From: a virus
Taxonomy: Duplodnaviria > Heunggongvirae > Uroviricota > Caudoviricetes
Direction: 5' to 3' (one strand)
Length of the DNA stretch: 64,000 nt
Virus record (IMG/VR): IMGVR_UViG_3300031857_000009
Each line of letters opens with the position of its first letter. Position 1 is the first letter of the stretch. This document shows, one piece after another, positions 17,277 to 27,061 of the stretch. Under the pieces are notes generated by a model. It saw only the letters and a program-made list of their open reading frames with translations. It ran no database searches and had not been told where the DNA came from. A program made the translations under genes and the position numbers.

Positions 17277-18051
17277 TGTCAATATCTAATATGTCAGATA
17301 TGGAGAAATGTAGAAAAGGTTGTTCATTCTCTATATCATAAGTATGGTATTCATCGTTTACCACGTCATAAACACCGTATCCGTGATAATTAACTGTCTC
17401 ACCAAAATTTTGTTGAATCAGAGAACCAATCATGATAGCTTTACCTCCGTTGGGTAAGTCAAACATTTGTCTTTTATGGATATCACCACAAAGTAATAAA
17501 TCCAAACCAACAAAGTTTAATGGTGAGTAGGCATTTTCAAACTCGAACCCTAAATCAGTGGACAAACCTTGTATTGGTCCATGAAATAAACCAACATAAA
17601 ATTTATTATCCTCTTTTTCAAAATCGGGTTTTTGATTGTGTTGATATAAAGAGTAAACCACCCAATTAATGTTCTCATCCTCATATACCCCACTGTTTTT
17701 GAAATATTTGACATTTTCATTATTCAACATTTCAACAATTGGGGTAATACTATCCAATCTACTCACATTATTTTCTAAAAAATCATGGTTTCCTGGTATT
17801 ATTATAACAGGTCCGATGTTTTCGTGTAACTGTGTTAGGAACCAAGATGTGAGCATCATTTGTTCGTTTGAGATATTAATTTTTTGATGAGCAATGTCAC
17901 CAGTAATGACCACTCTTATCTCATCGTAATTACAATCTTCCACTCTTCTCATCGCATCGTCAATTACCATCTTGAATTGTTTCTTATACATGTCATGTAA
18001 TTGAAAGGTCCTGATGTGTAAATCAGATATGTGTATAATTTTTCTTATCAT
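17245..18051 (-). CDS. sbcD: Mre11/SbcD/gp47-like metallophosphoesterase nuclease (short)
   Basis: ISDLH, ITGD, GNHD, FHG, GDIH motifs; 268 aa. Confidence 0.85.
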   Translation of the reverse strand: MIRKIIHISDLHIRTFQLHDMYKKQFKMVIDDAMRRVEDCNYDEIRVVITGDIAHQKINISNEQMMLTSWFLTQLHENIGPVIIIPGNHDFLENNVSRLDSITPIVEMLNNENVKYFKNSGVYEDENINWVVYSLYQHNQKPDFEKEDNKFYVGLFHGPIQGLSTDLGFEFENAYSPLNFVGLDLLLCGDIHKRQMFDLPNGGKAIMIGSLIQQNFGETVNYHGYGVYDVVNDEYHTYDIENEQPFLHFSISDILDIDNESEKLLNIR

Positions 18052-18902
18052 TTTAAGTATTTTTTTATATCCATTTGTAAAATCGAATTGGTCATGTCCG
18101 ATGGGACTTTGTATTCCGTAAACGTCCCATTATCTTTAAGATGTGTAATGACACAACCTAATAATTTGATATCTGAAAACTTACTACCTTCCAACATTTT
18201 TAATAATAGTTTACCATACAATGGTAGTTGAACATAATAGTGACTTAGAGCGGTATCATAATAGTTTTCAAAAGGGTGTAACATTTTTGAAGTATAGGGT
18301 TGTATTTGAAAATTCTTTTCTTGGTTTGTTTTCCAATCCGTAACAACAATTCCAAATCCGTCTTTTTGTTTGTTCATCATCAGCCAGCATTTATCAGGTT
18401 GACCAACATATCCTAGTTCAGGGTCACCCAACACCATTTCAGTATCTAAGAGTACCGCACCTCTTTCTTCCATCAAGGTTAAAAAATCTTTACCCGCTGA
18501 TATCATACTGTCACTCTTCATGATTTGTTGATTGTCACATTCAAAAATTGGTTGTCTCACATCTTTATAATTACCATATCTACCAACTAAATCAGTTTCT
18601 AACATGTAATGAACCCTACTACCTAAATTTGTAGAGTAATCACCCGCTTTCTTCCATTTTTCTAACAATAAACGAGTTTCTTCCTCGTCACCATCTGTCA
18701 TTTGGTAAGCTTTAGATTCTGCATCAAATGGGATGTAAAATTTTTTAATGACTTTTGATACGGATGGAAAATTATTTCTATGTTTTCCATCTAAATCTCT
18801 CATAAAATAAATGTGTTCATCTTCATAAAAAGTAAGTTCTAACTCCTTTTTTCTAATTTCAACACACTCTCTGATTTCCTGTGCTATTTCTGTTAAATTC
18901 AT
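18048..18902 (-). CDS. PD-(D/E)xK exonuclease (RecB/Cas4-like fold)
   Basis: PSVS, GSRVH, GQPDK, DWKTN, YYVQLPLY. Confidence 0.85.
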   Translation of the reverse strand: MNLTEIAQEIRECVEIRKKELELTFYEDEHIYFMRDLDGKHRNNFPSVSKVIKKFYIPFDAESKAYQMTDGDEEETRLLLEKWKKAGDYSTNLGSRVHYMLETDLVGRYGNYKDVRQPIFECDNQQIMKSDSMISAGKDFLTLMEERGAVLLDTEMVLGDPELGYVGQPDKCWLMMNKQKDGFGIVVTDWKTNQEKNFQIQPYTSKMLHPFENYYDTALSHYYVQLPLYGKLLLKMLEGSKFSDIKLLGCVITHLKDNGTFTEYKVPSDMTNSILQMDIKKYLK

Positions 18903-18903
18903 T

Positions 18904-19842
18904 TTAATCTAATTTAAATTCTTTGTATTCGGTTAAGTTTCCTTGTAAATCTGCAATGTCTTTGTCTTTAGGTAGTTTCACGATGTTTATCTTACCCAAT
19001 AGTTTACCACAATTTAATTTGTGATATAATTTTTCTGCGTCGTCCCACGCATCACCATCTAACAATATTGTCACTTCACATCTAAGGTCATATATTTTAT
19101 TAAAGAGTAAATCACTTATGTACTTACCTAACATTGGGACGGCATTATCTAAAAAAATAGAGTCAAACGCACCCTCGACTAAATAAATTTTTTTTGACCA
19201 ATCTATCAAACTTTCATTAAAAATAATTGTCTCTTTTTGTACGTCAGGATTTTTATATTTTAATTTAGTTTTTGACAAAAATGAACGTGCAACAAAGTAA
19301 TTGATTTGTCTCCATTCATTATAAGATGGAATTATTATTCTATTCTCATATGGTCCTGAGAATGCAAACCCTATATTGTGTTTTCTTATTATTTTGTCAG
19401 TAACGTTTCTCTTTTTTAGATACGCCATGGCTTGTCTATAGTGGTGAGTCAATTTAACACCGTCACTTGGATTGTTAAGTGCAATAAATTCTTTGGGTAA
19501 TTCAACTTGTTTGAATTGTTTTACCACAAGTTCTACCTCATCAGGTTTTAATAACTCATATCTTTTTAGATGTTTTTCGTTTCCATATTTTTTTATGAGT
19601 TTGTAAACCGAGCCATGGGTATTGTATAATTCAGAACATGACCAACACTTATAAACCAACATTTTGTAATTGATTTCCAAGTTACCTTTACCATCACCGT
19701 GGTCTAATCCTTTGATTTCGTGGGAACATACTGGACAATCAAACGCCAACTGTCCTTTGTATTCGTTGTGCATTCTACAGTCACCAAGAATATCTTCAAG
19801 GATGTCAATAACAGGTTTGTATTCAATGGCAACTGATGGCAT
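18904..19842 (-). CDS. DNA primase (Zn finger plus TOPRIM)
   Basis: CPVC...CWSC zinc-binding domain, VEGAFD, LDGDA; start set at ATG 19842 (MPSVAIEY). Confidence 0.85.
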   Translation of the reverse strand: MPSVAIEYKPVIDILEDILGDCRMHNEYKGQLAFDCPVCSHEIKGLDHGDGKGNLEINYKMLVYKCWSCSELYNTHGSVYKLIKKYGNEKHLKRYELLKPDEVELVVKQFKQVELPKEFIALNNPSDGVKLTHHYRQAMAYLKKRNVTDKIIRKHNIGFAFSGPYENRIIIPSYNEWRQINYFVARSFLSKTKLKYKNPDVQKETIIFNESLIDWSKKIYLVEGAFDSIFLDNAVPMLGKYISDLLFNKIYDLRCEVTILLDGDAWDDAEKLYHKLNCGKLLGKINIVKLPKDKDIADLQGNLTEYKEFKLD

Positions 19843-19846
19843 AGAT

Positions 19847-19878
19847 AAAATATACAAAATAAAAATTGTAAAACCAAA
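19847..19878 (-). promoter_or_regulatory. Putative promoter of the primase operon
   Basis: Minus strand TTTG-N20-TATATTTT, close to the Bacteroidota -33 TTTG / -7 TAnnTTTG consensus; lies just downstream of a terminator. Confidence 0.5.
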
Positions 19879-19884
19879 CCGCAT

Positions 19885-19923
19885 AAAAAAAGGTGGGGGT
19901 TATACACCAAAACCTCCCACCTT
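19885..19923 (-). terminator. Rho-independent terminator downstream of ruvC
   Basis: AAGGTGGG/CCCACCTT 8-bp stem plus 4 bp after a 1-nt bulge, followed by a U-tract on the minus strand. Confidence 0.75.
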
Positions 19924-20013
19924 ATGTCAAAATACTAATGCTATCTTGACATTATTAGTTATTGAATCAAATTCTTTTCAAAGTATACACAATCATTTTC
20001 ATAAAAACAAATT

Positions 20014-20622
20014 TTAATTGGAAATACCTAATTTTTGCATGTTCACAAATCCAATCACCGCTGTTGCCGCATCACTCATATCGTAGTTTTCTTTTTTCAA
20101 TTGACCGTTTTTACCATACAACCACTCTACCTCAGGACAAACGGTATTTACGTTTTCCCATATAATGTGTTTCTTGTCTATATCTTTAGGTAAACCACCA
20201 AATAAAACATTCTTACCCTTATCGTTTTTACCAACTAAGCTTGGAAATGCATATTTTCTTGCATTGTAGGTGGTAATGAAAGTAGGTACAATACCTAAAA
20301 TCTCATAACACGATTTGAGAATCATTGTGTTGTATCTCAATAATGTTCCAACAGTGTAAATGTTATTTGAATTTAATAGTGGTTCCTCAATAACAACTCG
20401 TGTTATCCCCACATCTTTATAATCTTCTAAATGTTTTTTAAACGCCTGTGCCTTCTTTAGAAGTTCCTCAATCTTATCTTCAGGTTGAGGTTTTATTTTA
20501 GGAGAAAAGTGTGTCAATTCTAAAAGTCGCGAAGAATTAACATCAAATAGCGCCCATCCGATGGTCTTGGTTGAAATGTCTAATCCCAAAATTTTGGGTG
20601 CATTCTTAAATTTTATACTCAT
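20014..20622 (-). CDS. ruvC: RuvC-like Holliday junction resolvase
   Basis: LGLDISTKTIG, VIEEP, DMSDA acidic catalytic motifs. Confidence 0.85.
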   Translation of the reverse strand: MSIKFKNAPKILGLDISTKTIGWALFDVNSSRLLELTHFSPKIKPQPEDKIEELLKKAQAFKKHLEDYKDVGITRVVIEEPLLNSNNIYTVGTLLRYNTMILKSCYEILGIVPTFITTYNARKYAFPSLVGKNDKGKNVLFGGLPKDIDKKHIIWENVNTVCPEVEWLYGKNGQLKKENYDMSDAATAVIGFVNMQKLGISN

Positions 20623-20628
20623 ATAAAA

Positions 20629-20657
20629 ATTATATGAGATATCATTTAAATTGTAAA
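20629..20657 (-). promoter_or_regulatory. Putative sigma70-like promoter of ruvC
   Basis: Minus strand TTTACA-N17-TATAAT, ending 6 nt before the ATG. Confidence 0.6.
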
Positions 20658-20660
20658 GAG

Positions 20661-22811
20661 TTAGAAATCTATTTTTATTGCGAATACTTGTGTTCCGCTT
20701 CTTTTTACAGGATTGGCGGTCTTACCTATTGCCAACACTTCTTTATTTTCGTTCAATAAAGCAACTTCTGTAATTCTCTTATCTTGACCTGTAGTATACG
20801 TTGGATTTTGTGTAACATTAAATTGACTAGCCGGTAAGTTCACCAAGAAATTCATTTTCTCAATATCCGTTGCTCTTACCAATTTAATACTACCAGGAAA
20901 AGGTTGTTCATCACCAAACTGTGGTGCTGTTGATGGTTGATTTGGTATCTCACCAATATAAGATTCTAAATCAAATATTGTAGTATCATTATCGTACATG
21001 TCAAAAGTAACTTGAAATGAATAATCAACTAAGTTCGCAGGGTTAATTGTGTTACCAACAGTATGATTTGGTATATATTGAGTCATATCCAATAATTTCC
21101 AAAGATTTGGTTCAGGTAAATCACCATAATTGGTAACTTGAATTAATAATTGGAACTGATTAGCTATAAACCCATTTTTAAAATTACAAGTACTACCTGT
21201 TACCATATCTGTGAAATAACCATTTGCGAACTTGACATATAACTGACAGGGAGTTGTATAATAGGTACTACCTGTTGTTGTTTCGAATTTAGTATAGTAG
21301 TTACAAGGTAATCCATTCATTTGGGTATCACCCGTGTAGTTTAACATGTATGTTAACCATATAGTCTGTTCAGTTGAACCAGAATAAAAAGATTGTGCGG
21401 CTGGTAAATCACTTGGTAATAAGTTTATTTTTGGTGAAGGTAGTGTGTACTTTCTGTTAGATTTATAATCCATAACAGCAACCAACTCTTGGTCGTCAAT
21501 GACAACTACTTTATTGTTTACGAAAATTTTACCAACTCTATTTCCAATCTCATCTAATAGATATCTGTACTTGATTTTTTGGTATGCGTTTTTCTTCGAA
21601 CTAACAAAGTAATCTGTTGTGTCCATAGTAAGTAAAGCACCTATTGTTGTACCAGTATTTCTATGGTATTGAATAAATGGGATATATACTTCAAAATATT
21701 CTAAATCTGTTATCGTGTTACCAATTGAGTCTTCTAACAATGCTTGAGATTCCGTATTATTTGTGCTTATATAATCGTCGTACTTATAGAATCTTTCAGG
21801 GTCATTTTTTAAATCTCCGAGTTCTGAATAATGGATTACAGCAATACATCTTTGTTCCTCAGGAGTAACTTCAATCACTTCATTATATGAATTTTTATAA
21901 GAAGTGGGGTTAGTTACCGTGGTACCTGAACTTGTTGTAAATGTTTGACCACTTGATGTTGTATAACCTAAAAATTGTTTAGTTGATACGTGTTTGTTTG
22001 ATGTAAAACCTGTTATGTTTTCGTCCACACCATTAACGTCAAAACCGATTGGTTTCATACCCCAAACGACATTCATGGTCCATGAATTTAATTGTTGTGT
22101 TGGGTCAATTTCCGCGGGTTTACAGTTTGGATTATATGTTACACTTACAGGATATTCATTTTCACAAGAATTACATACCACTTGAGCGGGACCTGTACAT
22201 CCTGAAAAATTAGGTGTCGCTCTATCAAGATAAAGTGTATTTCCTGTTACACCTGTAATTTTATATGTTAAACTGTTTGTTTCACCAGTGATTACAGGAT
22301 GATTTGGGTCATTACCACAAAATCCACCATAAACTATTGTAATATACTCACAGTCATTAAAACTAGCACCTGTTAATACGGTCACACTATTATCACCTGT
22401 CATCGCGGATAATGATATTTGTTGAGTTTCACACTCAACACTCGTTCCTGTACAATTACTACTATCATAATCAATATACTCGGTTACAAAACCGGCAGGA
22501 CCCATAACGTTTCTTAAAGTATCGGTGGTTGAAGATTGTACGGGAATACCATAAACCGTAGAACCCGTGTTACTACTATCTAATTTATAGGGATATTTTA
22601 CACCCCCTTCTTTATCAAAGGGTGCAAAGACCATTTGAAATGGTTGTGAGTTTAATCCTGTAAAATTATCAAACGGTGATGTGTAATCAAATTCAGAATC
22701 CCCAATTTGAAAATATGCGATGTTAAAACTACCTTTTGCAATAGAATTTCTACCCTTTTGGGTGATTCTAACTGATAAAAATTCTGAATTATTATTACTT
22801 AAAAAACTCAT
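20661..22811 (-). CDS. Tail/baseplate structural protein (tail-collar/DUF3751-like termini)
   Basis: N-terminal ITQKGR...FQIGDSEFDY and C-terminal ITEVALLNENKEVLAIGK...PVKR resemble tail-fibre attachment proteins; T/G/S-rich; TATTTAT upstream. Confidence 0.65.
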   Translation of the reverse strand: MSFLSNNNSEFLSVRITQKGRNSIAKGSFNIAYFQIGDSEFDYTSPFDNFTGLNSQPFQMVFAPFDKEGGVKYPYKLDSSNTGSTVYGIPVQSSTTDTLRNVMGPAGFVTEYIDYDSSNCTGTSVECETQQISLSAMTGDNSVTVLTGASFNDCEYITIVYGGFCGNDPNHPVITGETNSLTYKITGVTGNTLYLDRATPNFSGCTGPAQVVCNSCENEYPVSVTYNPNCKPAEIDPTQQLNSWTMNVVWGMKPIGFDVNGVDENITGFTSNKHVSTKQFLGYTTSSGQTFTTSSGTTVTNPTSYKNSYNEVIEVTPEEQRCIAVIHYSELGDLKNDPERFYKYDDYISTNNTESQALLEDSIGNTITDLEYFEVYIPFIQYHRNTGTTIGALLTMDTTDYFVSSKKNAYQKIKYRYLLDEIGNRVGKIFVNNKVVVIDDQELVAVMDYKSNRKYTLPSPKINLLPSDLPAAQSFYSGSTEQTIWLTYMLNYTGDTQMNGLPCNYYTKFETTTGSTYYTTPCQLYVKFANGYFTDMVTGSTCNFKNGFIANQFQLLIQVTNYGDLPEPNLWKLLDMTQYIPNHTVGNTINPANLVDYSFQVTFDMYDNDTTIFDLESYIGEIPNQPSTAPQFGDEQPFPGSIKLVRATDIEKMNFLVNLPASQFNVTQNPTYTTGQDKRITEVALLNENKEVLAIGKTANPVKRSGTQVFAIKIDF

Positions 22812-22848
22812 GGTTATAATATAAATACTTTAGTTGAGATAATCAATT

Positions 22849-25770
22849 TTAATTACATGTTCCAGTGCTTGTAAAAGTACCGTCACCATCATTCGTAACT
22901 TGAGGTGTTGGTGTTAAATAACCACAGTATGTCTCAGTTGTACCATTCCCAACAGTAATAAATTGAAGGGTACCGGTACAGTCAGTATAACTAAATGTGG
23001 TATGACCTCCTGTTCCTGTCGTTCCTCCATCGAATTCCCATAGTATGTCACATGGAGTAGCCGAACTGGTTGGGGTGAGTGTTGGTGTTGGGGTATTTGT
23101 TGGTGTTACTGTATTGGTAGAAGTCACGGTCGGTGTTGGTGTTACAGTTTCAGTTGGTGTAACTGTATTAGTAGGTGTTACAGTATTCGTTGGGGTTACG
23201 GTCGGTGTTGGTGTTACAGTTTCAGTTGGTGTAACTGTATTAGTAGGTGTTATTGTTGGTGTTGATGTGGGCGAACCACCGGGTGATGTTGTAATTGTTG
23301 GAGTTACTGTATTAGTAGGTGTTACAGTATTCGTTGGGGTTACGGTCGGTGTTGGTGTTAAAGTATTGGTGGGTGTGGGTGTTACAAGTGGTATGATTGA
23401 ATCGGAGCAAATACCCACCCTAGAACCTGAGGCACCACCATTACCTGATATGGTCATCGAGATAAATGGTGTTGAATTTGTTATTATGAATTTTCCACCA
23501 CCATTGACAAAAAGTGGTGCGGTTGAGCCACCAATAATTGTGTTACCTGTTATTGTTACATAACAACTTAACGGTGAAGATATTGTGGGGGTACCTGTAT
23601 TTGTTGTAAATGTGAAATCTTCATCACTAGTACCACCCATACCGGTTATAAAAACAACTAAATCATTTACTGGTGAACTAAAATTGTATCTATATGAGAA
23701 AGGTCCTGAATTTCCTAAAAAGTTATGATAGTCGGTCATTACAATAGTGTCACCAACACAGGATGACGTGTATCCAGATGTATTTTCGGTAACACTACCA
23801 CTATATGTTGATGTTATAGAAACACCGTTCACTGTCGAGGGGACATAAACGCTATCGTTACAAGTATACCCTGTTGATGGTGTACTACTAACAGTTGGTG
23901 TTGGGGTAAGTGTTGGTGTATTCGTAGGAGTCGCACTCTGAGTCGGTGTTACTGTTGGGGTGGGTGATGATATCGGTGTCGACGAACTATCACAACAATC
24001 ATCCAAATTAACTCTAAAAACTTGTTCACAACAACCTTCACAATCAATTCTAACATATATCTCCATTAATGTTGGGTCTATACCTGTAATATCACAAATA
24101 TCTCCTGTGGACATACTTGTACATGAAGTTATACCTGTTATGTTAGTTGAAGTTAATCCGGTATAGACCGTACAATTTGTATAATTAGAACCGGAATTAA
24201 ATGAAATCTTAACGCCTTTTGGGGTGACCAAATCGTTTACACAACCTGAAGGTGTAACAGTAGGTGTAGGGGTTTTTGTTGGGGTGTTGGTGGGTGTTGG
24301 GGTTGGCGAACCACCAGGTGTTGATGTAACTGATGGTGTAACGCTAGGTGTTAGAGTCGGTGTTGATGTTACTGTAAGTGTAACTGTCGGTGTTAAAGAC
24401 GGAGTTGTTGAAGGTGTTTCACTTGGTGTATTAGAGGGTGTTGCCGATGGTGAAGTAGTTGGTGTGGGCGAACCTCCTGGTGATGAAGTAACTGTAGGTG
24501 TAACTGTATTTGTAGGGGTTGATGTATTGGTTGGAGTTACTGATGGTGAGGTAGTTGGTGTGGGTGTAGGTGAATCGCCTGGTGATGAAGTAACTGTAGG
24601 TGTAACTGTATTTGTGGGAGTTGATGTATTGGTTGGTGTAGGTGAACCGCCAGGTGAAGTTGTGACTGTAGGTGTAACTGTATTTGTAGGAGTTACTGTT
24701 GGTGTGACAGATACAGTTGAAACCGGCGAACTTGTTGGTGTTACTGTTGGTGTTACTGTTGGTGTGACAGATACAGTTGAAGCTGGTGAACTTGTTGGTT
24801 CAGGAGTGACTGTAGGTGTGACTGTCGGAGTACTAGTTAATGTAGGTGTTGGGACCGGTAGTGAGTCACAATTTTGGTAGTCCTCACAACCACCATTAGG
24901 ATTCACAACTATATTAGTTGGGTCACTGAATGTAATTGTTTGATTGTCAAAACATACACATTGATAAACCGTAGCAAAAGGTGCGATGGTTCCGGAAGTT
25001 TGAAGCAAACCATAACAATCAGTATATGAATATGTAATTGTATTTCCATCTTCACTTATGATTTGTTTACACACACAATCCGTACATATTGATGGTGTTG
25101 GTGTTGGGGTGGGGGATAGTGTTGGTGTTACAGTGTTAGTTGGTGTGGGTGTAACTGTTTTAGTAAGTGTTGGAGTTGGGGTTGGGGTTTCTGTGGGTGT
25201 TTCTGAAGGTGTTGGGGTTGGGGTTTCTGTGGGTGTTTCTGTTGGAGTTGGGGTTTCTGTGGGTGTTTCTGTTGGAGTTGGTGTCGGGGTTGGTGAAGGA
25301 CATGATGGACACTCACCAGCTGTACAACTTGGTTGTGAAACCCACGTCCCAGTGTCGTCAACTGTTGCGGTTGAAGGGCCCGACGCAACCGCAATATAAC
25401 AATCCGTATTGTCAGTGTATACACTACCTACTATATAATTTAATCCACTTTGTACTTCATAAATAGTGCCTCCTTGTTCACAACATTTTTCAAAAAAAGT
25501 GGTTTCTTGACATTGTGAACCACTATCATTTGCAGTACTATTCGATGCGGTTAATGGAGAATCGTTTTTAAAATAATATAAACTAGGTAATCCATTTTGT
25601 ATGTCGGTACAAATAGTATAACTACCATTTGAAAAACTTGTTGTTGTAAGTACACCATTACAGTTGTAATAAGCAACATACACCTTACCATTATTAACAG
25701 GGTTAGTGTTACCGGTGGCATTACCGGTATCCAATGAACTTATTGTGACGTTATATAATTGACAAGCCAT
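22849..25770 (-). CDS. Thr/Pro-linker modular protein with Cys-rich domains (putative virion fibre component)
   Basis: 973 aa; several TP tracts separating Cys-rich modules; no signal peptide. Confidence 0.8.
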   Translation of the reverse strand: MACQLYNVTISSLDTGNATGNTNPVNNGKVYVAYYNCNGVLTTTSFSNGSYTICTDIQNGLPSLYYFKNDSPLTASNSTANDSGSQCQETTFFEKCCEQGGTIYEVQSGLNYIVGSVYTDNTDCYIAVASGPSTATVDDTGTWVSQPSCTAGECPSCPSPTPTPTPTETPTETPTPTETPTETPTPTPSETPTETPTPTPTLTKTVTPTPTNTVTPTLSPTPTPTPSICTDCVCKQIISEDGNTITYSYTDCYGLLQTSGTIAPFATVYQCVCFDNQTITFSDPTNIVVNPNGGCEDYQNCDSLPVPTPTLTSTPTVTPTVTPEPTSSPASTVSVTPTVTPTVTPTSSPVSTVSVTPTVTPTNTVTPTVTTSPGGSPTPTNTSTPTNTVTPTVTSSPGDSPTPTPTTSPSVTPTNTSTPTNTVTPTVTSSPGGSPTPTTSPSATPSNTPSETPSTTPSLTPTVTLTVTSTPTLTPSVTPSVTSTPGGSPTPTPTNTPTKTPTPTVTPSGCVNDLVTPKGVKISFNSGSNYTNCTVYTGLTSTNITGITSCTSMSTGDICDITGIDPTLMEIYVRIDCEGCCEQVFRVNLDDCCDSSSTPISSPTPTVTPTQSATPTNTPTLTPTPTVSSTPSTGYTCNDSVYVPSTVNGVSITSTYSGSVTENTSGYTSSCVGDTIVMTDYHNFLGNSGPFSYRYNFSSPVNDLVVFITGMGGTSDEDFTFTTNTGTPTISSPLSCYVTITGNTIIGGSTAPLFVNGGGKFIITNSTPFISMTISGNGGASGSRVGICSDSIIPLVTPTPTNTLTPTPTVTPTNTVTPTNTVTPTITTSPGGSPTSTPTITPTNTVTPTETVTPTPTVTPTNTVTPTNTVTPTETVTPTPTVTSTNTVTPTNTPTPTLTPTSSATPCDILWEFDGGTTGTGGHTTFSYTDCTGTLQFITVGNGTTETYCGYLTPTPQVTNDGDGTFTSTGTCN

Positions 25771-25773
25771 TTA

Positions 25774-26124
25774 TTACGTTATTTGAACAACATTAACATT
25801 AAATGCACATGGGTAGTAACAATCACTACATCTTAAATCAACTAATGCTAATTGATAACCACCTTGCAATTTTGGTACCGATGATGGTACAGGGTTTATG
25901 TGTCCGTCACAGTGTTCCACAAATACAAAAATTTGTGGTATGTTATCCAATAAACTTATATTAAACGTATATCCCGTTGATATTGGAATTAAAACTTCAA
26001 CCCCATTGATATAATTTGCATCATCAATATTATGTGTTAACCCTGTGTAGATATAGTACCCGTTACAAGGTGTTTGTCCTGAAAAATTTGATATTGTTAC
26101 TGAGTATGTTACTAATGACGGCAT
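25774..26124 (-). CDS. Small beta-rich protein sharing a YTGLT module with the 973-aa protein
   Basis: IYTGLT...QIFVFVEHCDG versus VYTGLT...EIYVRIDCEG. Confidence 0.7.
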   Translation of the reverse strand: MPSLVTYSVTISNFSGQTPCNGYYIYTGLTHNIDDANYINGVEVLIPISTGYTFNISLLDNIPQIFVFVEHCDGHINPVPSSVPKLQGGYQLALVDLRCSDCYYPCAFNVNVVQIT

Positions 26125-26149
26125 TATTTCATAAATATAAATTCAATGT

Positions 26150-26998
26150 TTAATTACAATAATCGGGATTTAAATCACAATCTATAAATGCAATACCACA
26201 ATAGTTAGGGTCTGTTATGGTTCCACTTAAACCGGTTTGTGCAACTAAGTATTCACCAGCACTTGGATTGAGTGTAATATTTCCACTATCCTGTGATGAA
26301 CCAATGAATATTTGCCATTGTGGTGATGTGTATACCGCAATTACCACCCCTGAACTATTAACCTTATAAAAAGTAATTGGGATATTTGAAGTGGCGGTTG
26401 TTACACTACCTAAATTATCTTTTAGTGTCCAAGTAACTTCATATTGTATATTTTCATCTATCGTTTCAATACTGTACCATAAACAATATGATGAAGGGGT
26501 GTTTTGTGTTGGAGTAGGAGTTGGAGTCTTGGTAACTGTTGGGGTTGGTGATAAACCAGGAGTTTTTGTTGGAGTAGGGGTTGGTGTAATTGAAGCGTTC
26601 GGTGTCTTAGATGGTGTAGCGGTAACTGTTGGTGTTTTTGTAACTGTAGGTGTTGGGGTTGGGGTTCTTGTAACTGTAGGTGTTGGAGTTGGACTTATTG
26701 GTGGGTCACACTGTACCTCAACACTAAAACATAGTGTATCATAACAAGGAAACGCTTTACTATCGTGAGTGTAAATATTTTTAATTATATAACGACCTGT
26801 AGTGTCGTCTGTCATTTTAACCCAATATTGAGTATTAAAACTTAAGTTTGTAATTGTAACAGCTGTAAGAGTTAAACCTGTTGCGTAAAGTGTAAATGTT
26901 GAATTGTTCGTTTCAGGATACGGGCTATCACCGGACTTGTATCTAATTGAGTACGTACCATCATTGATTATATTGTATAAACGAACATTTAATCCCAT
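26150..26998 (-). CDS. Two beta-sandwich-like domains (first FN3-like) joined by a TP linker
   Basis: [16 protein letters not shown] resembles the FN3 L.P.T.Y.V motif; central TPTPT tract. Confidence 0.7.
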   Translation of the reverse strand: MGLNVRLYNIINDGTYSIRYKSGDSPYPETNNSTFTLYATGLTLTAVTITNLSFNTQYWVKMTDDTTGRYIIKNIYTHDSKAFPCYDTLCFSVEVQCDPPISPTPTPTVTRTPTPTPTVTKTPTVTATPSKTPNASITPTPTPTKTPGLSPTPTVTKTPTPTPTQNTPSSYCLWYSIETIDENIQYEVTWTLKDNLGSVTTATSNIPITFYKVNSSGVVIAVYTSPQWQIFIGSSQDSGNITLNPSAGEYLVAQTGLSGTITDPNYCGIAFIDCDLNPDYCN

Positions 26999-27061
26999 TT
27001 TTTAATTATTGATTTCTATATTTGATAAATATAAAAAATCCTATTTTATAGTAAAGTTATT

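Noticed and set aside
19843-19884. N-terminal hydrophobic extension of the primase (MRFGFTIFILYILS)
   Set aside because: Spans the predicted promoter just past a terminator; ATG 19842 is the more plausible start.
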